64,000 bases of DNA from Anthoceros angustus (taxonomy: Eukaryota > Plantae > Anthocerotophyta). Below the pieces are notes generated by a model. The model ran no database searches. It was not told the DNA's origin and was given only the letters and a program-made list of their open reading frames with translations. How positions within the stretch are numbered: position 1 is the stretch's first letter; each line of letters begins with the position of its first letter. Positions 36,401 through 50,600 of this stretch are shown here, in pieces. The position numbers and the translations under genes were made by a program. Where the stretch lies: NCBI GenBank assembly GCA_010909165.1, contig MU008217.1:1-64000 (forward strand). Reading direction: 5' to 3'.

Positions 36401-39400
36401 GATAGATGTTCAATTTTATACACCACTTATTGTTTGATAGATGTTCAATTTTACCACTTATTGTTTGATAGATGTTCAATTTTACCACTTATTGTTTGAT
36501 AGATGTTCAATTTTACCGAGCACTTATTGTTTGAATTTCTTTCATGGGGATGAATTTGTGGTGTTTAGCCCTCGTTCATGCATTTCATTAACATTATTGA
36601 TTGATTGATTGAAGATTATTTGTCTTGTTTGAATTTCTTTCATGGGGATGAATTTGTGGTGTTTAGCCCTCGTTCATGCATTTCATTAACATTATTGATT
36701 GATTGAAGATTATTTGTCTTGTTTGAATTTCTTTCATGGGGATGAATTTGTGGTGTTTAGCCCTCGTTCATGCATGTGGTGACCGCCACCGTGGTCCTTT
36801 GCCTTAAGCTTGATCAAGTCATCAAGACTCAATTTGCCTTCCTTAGCAGCGGTTTCATGCATTTCATTAACATTATTGATTGATTGAAGATTATTTGTCT
36901 TGTTTGAATTTCTTTCATGGGGATGAATTTGTGGTGTTTAGCCCTCGTTCATGCATGTGGTGACCGCCACCGTGGTCCTTTGCCTTAAGCTTGATCAAGT
37001 CATCAAGACTTAGATGATGGCTCCTTTATAGATGACCACAACGTTGTCTTAGGTCCTCGAGCAACTCATAATTATTGCTTGGTCGCGAGGAATTCATTAT
37101 TGCTTGGTCGCGAGGAATTCATTATTGCTTGGTCGCGAGGAATTCATTATTGCTTGGTCGCGAGGAATTCATTATTGCTTGGTCGCGAGGAATTCATTAT
37201 TGCTTGGTCGCGAGGAATTCATTATTGCTTGGATGTTTGTGCTCTATAATGTATTTAAAATTGGTCAATATGGATTATTTTTGTGAAAATATATTCAACC
37301 GTGGTGGTTGCTCTCAATATCCTAGGCAAATCAATTGTTAACCGTTGCAAGGATGAGCAATTTTACCTTTGCATTCGTCTAGACCATTTTACCGAGCACT
37401 TATTGTTTGATAGATGTTCAATTTTACCGACCACTTATTGTTTGATAGATGTTCAATTTTACCTTTGCATTCGTCTAGACCATTTTACCGAGCACTTATT
37501 GTTTGATAGATGTTCAATTTTACCTTTGCATTCGTCTAGACCATTTTACCGAGCACTTATTGTTTGATAGATGTTCAATTTCGACCACTTATTGTTTGAT
37601 AGATGTTCAATTTATGGACCACTTATTGTTTGATAGATGTTCAATTTTATAGACCACTTATTGTTTGATAGATGTTCAATTTTACCGAGCACTTATTGTT
37701 TGATAGATGTTCAATTTATGGACCACTTATTGTTTGATAGATGTTCAATTTTATAGACCACTTATTGTTTGATAGATGTTCAATTTTACCACTTATTGTT
37801 TGATAGATGTTCAATTTTACCGAGCACTTATTGTTTGATAGATGTTCAATTTTACCTTTGCATTCGTCTAGACCATTTTACCGAGCACTTATTGTTTGAT
37901 AGATGTTCAATTTTACCTTTGCATTCGTCTAGACCATTTTACCGACCACTTATTGTTTGATAGATGTTCTAATTGTTTTCTTGTGATAGGTACTATAAAT
38001 GGATATTTGATATTTCCTTTATGGCACGTTCAAGTTGTTTTCTTGTGGTAGCGATATTATATTTATATTTGGTATTTTCTTTTGTGGTATCTTTTGAATT
38101 TTACCGAGCACTTATTGTTTGATAGATGTTCAATTTATGGACCACTTATTGTTTGATAGATGTTCAATTTTACCACTTATTGTTTGATAGATGTTCAATT
38201 TCTTTCATGGGGATGAATTTGTGGTGTTTAGCCCTCGTTCATGCATGTGGTGACCGCCACCGTGGTCCTTTGCCTTAAGCTTGATCAAGTCATGCTTATT
38301 CTTTTATTGAGCTTGATCAAGTCATGCTTATTCTTTTATTGAGCTTGATCAAGTCATCAAGACTCAATTTGCCTTCCTTAGCAGCGGTTTCATGCATGTG
38401 GTGACCGCCACCGTGGTCCTTTGCCTTAAGCTTGATCAAGTCATGCTTATTCTTTTATTGAGCTTGATCAAGTCATCAAGACTTAGATGACCACAACGTT
38501 GTCTTAGGTCCTCGAGCAACTCAACCAACCACTTAGATGATGGCTCCTTTATAGATGACCACAACGTTGTCTTAGGTCCTCGAGCAACTCATAATTATTG
38601 CTTGGTCGCGAGGAATTCATTATTGCTTGGTCGCGAGGAATTCATTATTGCTTGGATGTTTGTGCTCTATAATGTATTTAAAATTGGTCAATATGGATTA
38701 TTTTTGTGAAAATATATTCAACCGTGGTGGTTGCTCTCAATATCCTAGGCAAATCAATTGTTAACCGTTGCAAGGATGATTTCAAGGATGAGCAATTTTA
38801 CCGAGCACTTATTGTTTGATAGATGTTCAATTTTACCTTTGCATTCGTCTAGACCATTTTACCGACCACTTATTGTTTGATAGATGTTCACGAGGTGGAG
38901 CGTGGCGAGGATGAGCAACAACAAACCACTTCTTGTTTCCACCTTTAAAATTTGCATACTAAATTGTGCTAACATGAAGTCTTGCGATATGCAATCTCGC
39001 ATCACTTGACCACTTATTGTTTGATAGATGTTCACGAGGTGGAGCGTGGCGAGGATGAGCAATTTTACCACTTATTGTTTGATAGATGTTCACGAGGTGG
39101 AGCGTGGCGAGGATGAGCAACAACAAACCACTTCTTGTTCTTCTTCATCTTCTTCTTGTTAGGCTTTCCTAAGGTGCAAGCGGCAATTAGGAGACCCCAA
39201 TACTTTAGTGTAGATGAGACCATCCAATTTGTACACCTTTGACATAAAGAACTACTCATCATATTATGATTTCAAGGATGATTTCAAGGATGAGCAATTT
39301 TACCGAGCACTTATTGTTTGATAGATGTTCAATTTTACCACTTATTGTTTGATAGATGTTCAATTTTATAGACCACTTATTGTTTGATAGATGTTCACGA

Positions 39401-42400
39401 GGTGGAGCGTGGCGAGGATGAGCAATTTTACCTTTGCATTCGTCTAGACCATTTTACCGACCACTTATTGTTTGATAGATGTTCACGAGGTGGAGCGTGG
39501 CGAGGATGAGCAACAACAAACCACTTCTTGTTCTTCTTCTTCTTCTTGTTTGAATTTTACCTTTGCATTCGTCTAGACCATTTTACCGAGCACTTATTGT
39601 TTGATAGATGTTCACGAGGTGGAGCGTGGCGAGGATGAGCAATTTTACCACTTATTGTTTGATAGATGTTCACGAGGTGGAGCGTGGCGAGGATGAGCAA
39701 TTTTACCTTTGCATTCGTCTAGACCATTTTACCGAGCACTTATTGTTTGATAGATGTTCACGAGGTGGAGCGTGGCGAGGATGAGCAACAACAAACCACT
39801 TCTTGTTCTTCTTCATCTTCTTCATTTGTTCTTCTTCATCTTCTTCTTCCTCTTCATCTTCTTCTTCCTCTTCATCTTCTTCTTCTTCTTCCTCTTCATC
39901 TTCTTCATTTGTTCTTCTTGTTCTTCTTCTTCTTCATCTTCTTCTTCATCTTCTTCTTGTTAGGCTTTCCTAAGGTGCAAGCGGCAATTAGGAGACCCCA
40001 ATACTTTAGTGTAGATGAGACCATCCAATTTGTACACCTTTGACATAAAGAACTACTCATCATATTATGATTTCAAGGATGATTTCAAGGATGAGCAATT
40101 TTACCACTTATTGTTTGATAGATGTTCAATTTTACCTTTGCATTCGTCTAGACCATTTTACCGAGCACTTATTGTTTGATAGATGTTCAATTTTACCGAG
40201 CACTTATTGTTTGATAGATGTTCACGAGGTGGAGCGTGGCGAGGATGAGCAACTTAACAAACCACTTCTTGTTCTTCTTCCTCTTCATCTTCTTCTTGTT
40301 AGGCTTTCCTAAGGTGCAAGCGGCAATTAGGAGACCCCAATACTTTAGTGTAGATGAGACCATCCAATTTGTACACCTTTGACATAAAGAACTACTCATC
40401 ATATTATGATTTCAAGGATGATTTCAAGGATGAGCAATTTTACCGACCACTTATTGTTTGATAGATGTTCAATTTTACCTTTGCATTCGTCTAGACCATT
40501 TTACCGAGCACTTATTGTTTGATAGATGTTCAATTTTACCGAGCACTTATTGTTTGATAGATGTTCACGAGGTGGAGCGTGGCGAGGATGAGCAATTTTA
40601 CCGACCACTTATTGTTTGATAGATGTTCACGAGGTGGAGCGTGGCGAGGATGAGCAACTTAACAAACCACTTCTTGTTAGGCTTTCCTAAGGTGCAAGCG
40701 GCAATTAGGAGACCCCAATACTTTAGTGTAGATGAGACCATCCAATTTGTACACCTTTGACATAAAGAACTACTCATCATATTATGATTTCAAGGATGAT
40801 TTCAAGGACTATCAAACAACAAACCACTTCTTGTTCTTCTTGTTCTTCTTGTTCTTCTTGTTCTTCTTCATTTGTTCTTCTTCATTTGTTCTTCTTGTTA
40901 GGCTTTCCTAAGGTGCAAGCGGCAATTAGGAGACCCCAATACTTTAGTGTAGATGAGACCATCCAATTTGTACACCTTTGACATAAAGAACTACTCATCA
41001 TATTATGATTTCAAGGATGATTTCAAGGATGATTTCAAGGATGATTTCAAGGATGATTTCAAGGATGATTTCAAGGATGAGCAATTTTACCGACCACTTA
41101 TTGTTTGATAGATGTTCACGAGGTGGAGCGTGGCGAGGATGAGCAATTTTACCGACCACTTATTGTTTGATAGATGTTCAATTTTACCACTTATTGTTTG
41201 ATAGATGTTCACGAGGTGGAGCGTGGCGAGGATGAGCAATTTTACCGAGCACTTATTGTTTGATAGATGTTCACGAGGTGGAGCGTGGCGAGGATGAGCA
41301 ATTTTACCGACCACTTATTGTTTGATAGATGTTCAATTTTACCTTTGCATTCGTCTAGACCATTTTACCGAGCACTTATTGTTTGATAGATGTTCAATTT
41401 TACCGCAATCTATGTAGTTGCCATATTTCAATCCTATGACGAAGATCCGTCCTTAGTGGACTTGAATAAATTTCTTCTTCTTGTTAGGCTTTCCTAAGGT
41501 GCAAGCGGCAATTAGGAGACCCCAATACTTTAGTGTAGATGAGACCATCCAATTTGTACACCTTTGACATAAAGAACTACTCATCATATTATGATTTCAA
41601 GGATGAGCAATTTTACCGAGCACTTATTGTTTGATAGATGTTCACGAGGTGGAGCGTGGCGAGGATGAGCAACAACAAACCACTTCTTGTTCTTCTTCTT
41701 CTTCTTCATCTTCTTCTTGTTAGGCTTTCCTAAGGTGCAAGCGGCAATTAGGAGACCCCAATACTTTAGTGTAGATGAGACCATCCAATTTGTACACCTT
41801 TGACATAAAGAACTACTCATCATATTATGATTTCAAGGATGAGCAACAACAAACCACTTCTTGTTCTTCTTCTCTTCTTCTTGTTTGAATTTTACCGACC
41901 ACTTATTGTTTGATAGATGTTCAATTTTACCTTTGCATTCGTCTAGACCATTTTACCGAGCACTTATTGTTTGATAGATGTTCACGAGGTGGAGCGTGGC
42001 GAGGATGAGCAATTTTACCACTTATTGTTTGATAGATGTTCAATTTATGGACCACTTATTGTTTGATAGATGTTCACGAGGTGGAGCGTGGCGAGGATGA
42101 GCAATTTTACCGCAATCTATGTAGTTGCCATATTTCAATCCTATGACGAAGATCCGTCCTTAGTGGACTTGAATAAATTTCTTCTTCATCTTCTTCTCTT
42201 CTTCTTCATCTTCTTCTTGTTAGGCTTTCCTAAGGTGCAAGCGGCAATTAGGAGACCCCAATACTTTAGTGTAGATGAGACCATCCAATTTGTACACCTT
42301 TGACATAAAGAACTACTCATCATATTATGATTTCAAGGATGATTTCAAGGATGATTTCAAGGATGATTTCAAGGATGATTTCAAGGATGATTTCAAGGAT

Positions 42401-44315
42401 GAGCAATTTTACCGAGCACTTATTGTTTGATAGATGTTCACGAGGTGGAGCGTGGCGAGGATGAGCAACAACAAAGAAACATACAACCATATTACATACA
42501 TATGGTGACCGCCACCGTGGTCCTTTGCCTTAAGCTTGATCAAGTCATCCACATTCTTTTATTGAGCTTGATCAAGTCATGCTTATTCTTTTATTGAGCT
42601 TGATCAAGTCATGCTTATTCTTTTATTGAGCTTGATCAAGTCATCCACATTCTTTTATTGAGCTTGATCAAGTCATCAAGACTTAGATGACCACAACGTT
42701 GTCTTAGGTCCTCGAGCAACTCATAATTATTGCTTGGTCGCGAGGAATTCATTATTGCTTGGTCGCGAGGAATTCATTATTGCTTGGATGTTTGTGCTCT
42801 ATAATGTATTTAAAATTGGTCAATATGGATTATTTTTCACTAGCATAGTAAATAAAAATTATTTATGTATGCTATTCTTTGCAACAACAAACCACTTCTT
42901 GTTCTTCTTCATCTTCTTCTCTTCTTCTTGTTTGAATTTTACCGAGCACTTATTGTTTGATAGATGTTCAATTTTACCTTTGCATTCGTCTAGACCATTT
43001 TACCGACCACTTATTGTTTGATAGATGTTCACGAGGTGGAGCGTGGCGAGGATGAGCAATTTTACCACTTATTGTTTGATAGATGTTCAATTTATGGACC
43101 ACTTATTGTTTGATAGATGTTCAATTTTACCTTTGCATTCGTCTAGACCATTTTACCGAGCACTTATTGTTTGATAGATGTTCACGAGGTGGAGCGTGGC
43201 GAGGATGAGCAACTTAACAAACCACTTCTTGTTCTTCTTCATTTGTTCTTCTTCTTCCTCTTCATCTTCTTCATCTTCTTCATCTTCTTCATCTTCTTCT
43301 TACAGTTATTAATTGTATTTAGAAAACTATGAAACTTCTTCACCTCTAGGTATTGTATGTATACATGTTTAGTATAGTGATTATTTTTGTGAAAATATAT
43401 TCAACCGTGGTGGTTGCTCTCAATATCCTAGGCAAATCAATTGTTAACCGTTGCAAGGATGATTTCAAGGATGAGCAATTTTACCGAGCACTTATTGTTT
43501 GATAGATGTTCACGAGGTGGAGCGTGGCGAGGATGAGCAACAACAAAGAAACATACAACCATATTACATACATATGGTGACCGCCACGCCTTGCTTTCTT
43601 TCATGGGGATGAATTTGTGGTGTTTAGCCCTCGTTCATGCATGTGGTGACCGCCACCGTGGTCCTTTGCCTTAAGCTTGATCAAGTCATCCACATTCTTT
43701 TATTGAGCTTGATCAAGTCATCCACATTCTTTTATTGAGCTTGATCAAGTCATCCACATTCTTTTATTGAGCTTGATCAAGTCATCCACATTCTTTTATT
43801 GAGCTTGATCAAGTCATCAAGACTCAATTTGCCTTCCTTAGCAGCGGTTTCATGCATTTCATTAACATTATTGATTGAAGATTATTTGTCTTGTTTGAAT
43901 TTTACCGCAATCTATGTAGTTGCCATATTTCAATCCTATGACGAAGATCCGTCCTTAGTGGACTTGAATAAATTTCTTCTTCATTTGTTCTTCTTCATTT
44001 GTTCTTCTTCCTCTTCATCTTCTTCTTCATTTGTTCTTCTTGTTCTTCTTCATCTTCTTCATTTGTTCTTCTTGTTCTTCTTCATCTTCTTCATTTGTTC
44101 TTCTTCATCTTCTTCTCTTCTTCTTCTCTTCTTCTTCATTTGTTCTTCTTCTTCATCTTCTTCTCTTCTTCTCTTCTTCTTCCTCTTCATCTTCTTCTCT
44201 TCTTCTTGTTAGGCTTTCCTAAGGTGCAAGCGGCAATTAGGAGACCCCAATACTTTAGTGTAGATGAGACCATCCAATTTGTACACCTTTGACATAAAGA
44301 ACTACTCATCATATT

Positions 44316-44448
44316 ATGATTTCAAGGATGATTTCAAGGATGATTTCAAGGATGATTTCAAGGATGATTTCAAGGATGATTTCAAGGATGATTTCAAGGA
44401 TGATTTCAAGGATGATTTCAAGGATGATTTCAAGGATGATTTCAAGGA
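44316..44448 (+). repeat. 12-bp tandem repeat (GATGATTTCAAG), 11 copies (longest run)
   Basis: Direct reading. The copy number after the same upstream module varies from 1 to 11 across the window (e.g. ~6385, 19232, 45395, 52325, 53105). Confidence 0.97.
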
Positions 44449-47400
44449 CTATCAAACAACAAAGAAACATACAACCATATTACATACATATGGTGACCGC
44501 CACCGTGGTCCTTTGCCTTAAGCTTGATCAAGTCATCCACATTCTTTTATTGAGCTTGATCAAGTCATGCTTATTCTTTTATTGAGCTTGATCAAGTCAT
44601 CAAGACTCAATTGCCTTCCTTAGCAGCGGTTTCATGCATGTGGTGACCGCCACCGTGGTCCTTTGCCTTAAGCTTGATCAAGTCATCAAGACTCAATTGC
44701 CTTCCTTAGCAGCGGTTTCATGCATTTCATTAACATTATTGATTGAAGATTATTTGTCTTGTTTGAATTTTACCGCAATCTATGTAGTTGCCATATTTCA
44801 ATCCTATGACGAAGATCCGTCCTTAGTGGACTTGAATAAATTTCTTCTTCATTTGTTCTTCTTCATCTTCTTCTCTTCTTCTTCTTGTTTGAATTTCTTT
44901 CATGGGGATGAATTTGTGGTGTTTAGCCCTCGTTCATGCATGTGGTGACCGCCACCGTGGTCCTTTGCCTTAAGCTTGATCAAGTCATCAAGACTCAATT
45001 GCCTTCCTTAGCAGCGGTTTCATGCATTTCATTAACATTATTGATTGAAGATTATTTGTCTTGTTTGAATTTTACCGACCACTTATTGTTTGATAGATGT
45101 TCAATTTTACCTTTGCATTCGTCTAGACCATTTTACCGAGCACTTATTGTTTGATAGATGTTCAATTTTACCGCAATCTATGTAGTTGCCATATTTCAAT
45201 CCTATGACGAAGATCCGTCCTTAGTGGACTTGAATAAATTTCTTCTTCTTCCTCTTCATCTTCTTCATCTTCTTCATCTTCTTCTTGTTAGGCTTTCCTA
45301 AGGTGCAAGCGGCAATTAGGAGACCCCAATACTTTAGTGTAGATGAGACCATCCAATTTGTACACCTTTGACATAAAGAACTACTCATCATATTATGATT
45401 TCAAGGATGATTTCAAGGATGATTTCAAGGATGATTTCAAGGATGATTTCAAGGATGATTTCAAGGATGATTTCAAGGATGATTTCAAGGATGATTTCAA
45501 GGATGATTTCAAGGATGAGCAACTTAACAAAACCACTTCTTGTTCTTCTTCATTTGTTCTTCTTCTTCTTCTTCATTTGTTCTTCTTGTTAGGCTTTCCT
45601 AAGGTGCAAGCGGCAATTAGGAGACCCCAATACTTTAGTGTAGATGAGACCATCCAATTTGTACACCTTTGACATAAAGAACTACTCATCATATTATGAT
45701 TTCAAGGACTATCAAACAACAAAGAAACATACAACCATATTACATACATATGGTGACCGCCACCGTGGTCCTTTGCCTTAAGCTTGATCAAGTCATCCAC
45801 ATTCTTTTATTGAGCTTGATCAAGTCATCCACATTCTTTTATTGAGCTTGATCAAGTCATCCACATTCTTTTATTGAGCTTGATCAAGTCATGCTTATTC
45901 TTTGCAACAACAAAACCACTTCTTGTTCTTCTTGTTCTTCTTCATCTTCTTCATCTTCTTCTTCCTCTTCATCTTCTTCATTTGTTCTTCTTCATCTTCT
46001 TCTCTTCTTCTTCTCTTCTTCTTCATTTGTTCTTCTTCTTCATCTTCTTCTCTTCTTCTCTTCTTCTTCCTCTTCATCTTCTTCTCTTCTTCTTGTTAGG
46101 CTTTCCTAAGGTGCAAGCGGCAATTAGGAGACCCCAATACTTTAGTGTAGATGAGACCATCCAATTTGTACACCTTTGACATAAAGAACTACTCATCATA
46201 TTATGATTTCAAGGATGAGCAACTTAACAAAACCACTTCTTGTTCTTCTTGTTCTTCTTGTTCTTCTTGTTAGGCTTTCCTAAGGTGCAAGCGGCAATTA
46301 GGAGACCCCAATACTTTAGTGTAGATGAGACCATCCAATTTGTACACCTTTGACATAAAGAACTACTCATCATATTATGATTTCAAGGATGAGCAATTTT
46401 ACCTTTGCATTCGTCTAGACCATTTTACCGAGCACTTATTGTTTGATAGATGTTCAATTTTACCTTTGCATTCGTCTAGACCATTTTACCGAGCACTTAT
46501 TGTTTGATAGATGTTCAATTTTACCGCAATCTATGTAGTTGCCATATTTCAATCCTATGACGAAGATCCGTCCTTAGTGGACTTGAATAAATTTCTTCTT
46601 CTTCTTGTTTGAATTTCTTTCATGGGGATGAATTTGTGGTGTTTAGCCCTCGTTCATGCATTTCATTAACATTATTGATTGAAGATTATTTGTCTTGTTT
46701 GAATTTCTTTCATGGGGATGAATTTGTGGTGTTTAGCCCTCGTTCATGCATGTGGTGACCGCCACCGTGGTCCTTTGCCTTAAGCTTGATCAAGTCATCA
46801 AGACTCAATTGCCTTCCTTAGCAGCGGTTTCATGCATGTGGTGACCGCCACCGTGGTCCTTTGCCTTAAGCTTGATCAAGTCATGCTTATTCTTTTATTG
46901 AGCTTGATCAAGTCATCAAGACTCAATTGCCTTCCTTAGCAGCGGTTTCATGCATGTGGTGACCGCCACCGTGGTCCTTTGCCTTAAGCTTGATCAAGTC
47001 ATCCACATTCTTTTATTGAGCTTGATCAAGTCATCAAGACTCAATTGCCTTCCTTAGCAGCGGTTTCATGCATGTGGTGACCGCCACCGTGGTCCTTTGC
47101 CTTAAGCTTGATCAAGTCATCCACATTCTTTTATTGAGCTTGATCAAGTCATCCACATTCTTTTATTGAGCTTGATCAAGTCATGCTTATTCTTTTATTG
47201 AGCTTGATCAAGTCATCCACATTCTTTTATTGAGCTTGATCAAGTCATGCTTATTCTTTTATTGAGCTTGATCAAGTCATCAAGACTCAATTGCCTTCCT
47301 TAGCAGCGGTTTCATGCATGTGGTGACCGCCACCGTGGTCCTTTGCCTTAAGCTTGATCAAGTCATGCTTATTCTTTTATTGAGCTTGATCAAGTCATCA

Positions 47401-47468
47401 AGACTTAGATGATGGCTCCTTTATAGATGACCACAACGTTGTCTTAGGTCCTCGAGCAACTCATAATT

Positions 47469-47698
47469 ATTGCTTGGTCGCGAGGAATTCATTATTGCTT
47501 GGTCGCGAGGAATTCATTATTGCTTGGTCGCGAGGAATTCATTATTGCTTGGTCGCGAGGAATTCATTATTGCTTGGTCGCGAGGAATTCATTATTGCTT
47601 GGTCGCGAGGAATTCATTATTGCTTGGTCGCGAGGAATTCATTATTGCTTGGTCGCGAGGAATTCATTATTGCTTGGTCGCGAGGAATTCATTATTGA
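47469..47698 (+). repeat. 25-bp tandem repeat (TTGCTTGGTCGCGAGGAATTCATTA), 9 copies
   Basis: Period 25. Other runs: 6 copies at ~27710, ~29370 and ~37080; 1 copy at 3848; 0 copies at ~5810. Confidence 0.97.
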
Positions 47699-50600
47699 TT
47701 GATTGATTGATTGAAGATTATTTGTCTTGTTTGAATTTTACCGACCACTTATTGTTTGAATTTCTTTCATGGGGATGAATTTGTGGTGTTTAGCCCTCGT
47801 TCATGCATGTGGTGACCGCCACCGTGGTCCTTTGCCTTAAGCTTGATCAAGTCATGCTTATTCTTTTATTGAGCTTGATCAAGTCATCAAGACTCAATTG
47901 CCTTCCTTAGCAGCGGTTTCATGCATGTGGTGACCGCCACCGTGGTCCTTTGCCTTAAGCTTGATCAAGTCATCAAGACTCAATTGCCTTCCTTAGCAGC
48001 GGTTTCATGCATGTGGTGACCGCCACCGTGGTCCTTTGCCTTAAGCTTGATCAAGTCATCAAGACTCAATTGCCTTCCTTAGCAGCGGTTTCATGCATGT
48101 GGTGACCGCCACGCCTTGCTTTCTTTTATTGAGCTTGATCAAGTCATCAAGACTCAATTGCCTTCCTTAGCAGCGGTTTCATGCATGTGGTGACCGCCAC
48201 CGTGGTCCTTTGCCTTAAGCTTGATCAAGTCATGCTTATTCTTTTATTGAGCTTGATCAAGTCATCAAGACTCAATTGCCTTCCTTAGCAGCGGTTTCAT
48301 GCATGTGGTGACCGCCACCGTGGTCCTTTGCCTTAAGCTTGATCAAGTCATCAAGACTTAGATGACCACAACGTTGTCTTAGGTCCTCGAGCAACTCATA
48401 ATTATTGCTTGGTCGCGAGGAATTCATTATTGCTTGGATGTTTGTGCTCTATAATGTATTTAAAATTGGTCAATATGGATTATTTTTGTGAAAATATATT
48501 CAACCGTGGTGGTTGCTCTCAATATCCTAGGCAAATCAATTGTTAACCGTTGCAAGGATGAGCAATTTTACCGAGCACTTATTGTTTGATAGATGTTCAA
48601 TTTTACCGACCACTTATTGTTTGATAGATGTTCAATTTATGGACCACTTATTGTTTGATAGATGTTCAATTTTACCGACCACTTATTGTTTGATAGATGT
48701 TCAATTTATGGACCACTTATTGTTTGATAGATGTTCAATTTTATAGACCACTTATTGTTTGATAGATGTTCAATTTTACCGACCACTTATTGTTTGATAG
48801 ATGTTCAATTTTATACACCACTTATTGTTTGATAGATGTTCAATTTTACCGACCACTTATTGTTTGATAGATGTTCAATTTTATAGACCACTTATTGTTT
48901 GATAGATGTTCACGAGGTGGAGCGTGGCGAGGATGAGCAATTTTACCGAGCACTTATTGTTTGATAGATGTTCACGAGGTGGAGCGTGGCGAGGATGAGC
49001 AACAACAAACCACTTCTTGTTCTTCTTCATCTTCTTCTCTTCTTCTTCCTCTTCATCTTCTTCTTCTCTTCTTCTTCTCTTCTTCTTGTTTGAATTTCTT
49101 TCATGGGGATGAATTTGTGGTGTTTAGCCCTCGTTCATGCATGTGGTGACCGCCACCGTGGTCCTTTGCCTTAAGCTTGATCAAGTCATCAAGACTCAAT
49201 TTGCCTTCCTTAGCAGCGGTTTCATGCATGTGGTGACCGCCACCGTGGTCCTTTGCCTTAAGCTTGATCAAGTCATCCACATTCTTTTATTGAGCTTGAT
49301 CAAGTCATCCACATTCTTTTATTGAGCTTGATCAAGTCATGCTTATTCTTTTATTGAGCTTGATCAAGTCATCCACATTCTTTTATTGAGCTTGATCAAG
49401 TCATGCTTATTCTTTTATTGAGCTTGATCAAGTCATCAAGACTCAATTTGCCTTCCTTAGCAGCGGTTTCATGCATGTGGTGACCGCCACCGTGGTCCTT
49501 TGCCTTAAGCTTGATCAAGTCATGCTTATTCTTTTATTGAGCTTGATCAAGTCATCAAGACTTAGATGATGGCTCCTTTATAGATGACCACAACGTTGTC
49601 TTAGGTCCTCGAGCAACTCATAATTATTGCTTGGTCGCGAGGAATTCATTATTGCTTGGTCGCGAGGAATTCATTATTGCTTGGTCGCGAGGAATTCATT
49701 ATTGCTTGGATGTTTGTGCTCTATAATGTATTTAAAATTGGTCAATATGGATTATTTTTGTGAAAATATATTCAACCGTGGTGGTTGCTCTCAATATCCT
49801 AGGCAAATCAATTGTTAACCGTTGCAAGGATGAGCAATTTTACCGACCACTTATTGTTTGATAGATGTTCAATTTTACCTTTGCATTCGTCTAGACCATT
49901 TTACCGACCACTTATTGTTTGAATTTCTTTCATGGGGATGAATTTGTGGTGTTTAGCCCTCGTTCATGCATGTGGTGACCGCCACCGTGGTCCTTTGCCT
50001 TAAGCTTGATCAAGTCATCAAGACTCAATTTGCCTTCCTTAGCAGCGGTTTCATGCATTTCATTAACATTATTGATTGATTGAAGATTATTTGTCTTGTT
50101 TGAATTTCTTTCATGGGGATGAATTTGTGGTGTTTAGCCCTCGTTCATGCATGTGGTGACCGCCACCGTGGTCCTTTGCCTTAAGCTTGATCAAGTCATG
50201 CTTATTCTTTTATTGAGCTTGATCAAGTCATGCTTATTCTTTTATTGAGCTTGATCAAGTCATCAAGACTCAATTTGCCTTCCTTAGCGCAACGGTTCCA
50301 TACATATGGTGACCGCCACCGTGGTCCTTTGCCTTAAGCTTGATCAAGTCATGCTTATTCTTTTATTGAGCTTGATCAAGTCATCAAGACTCAATTTGCC
50401 TTCCTTAGCAGCGGTTTCATGCATGTGGTGACCGCCACCGTGGTCCTTTGCCTTAAGCTTGATCAAGTCATCCACATTCTTTTATTGAGCTTGATCAAGT
50501 CATCAAGACTTAGATGACCACAACGTTGTCTTAGGTCCTCGAGCAACTCATAATTATTGCTTGGTCGCGAGGAATTCATTATTGCTTGGATGTTTGTGCT

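Noticed and set aside
44264-44585. ORFs with (DDFK)n and (MISR)n
   Set aside because: These are translations of the 12-bp repeat, open because 12 is a multiple of 3 and those frames lack stops. Copy number varies arbitrarily.
47470-47706. Three overlapping LGREEFIIAWSRGIHY ORFs
   Set aside because: A stop-free 25-bp repeat cycles through all three frames.
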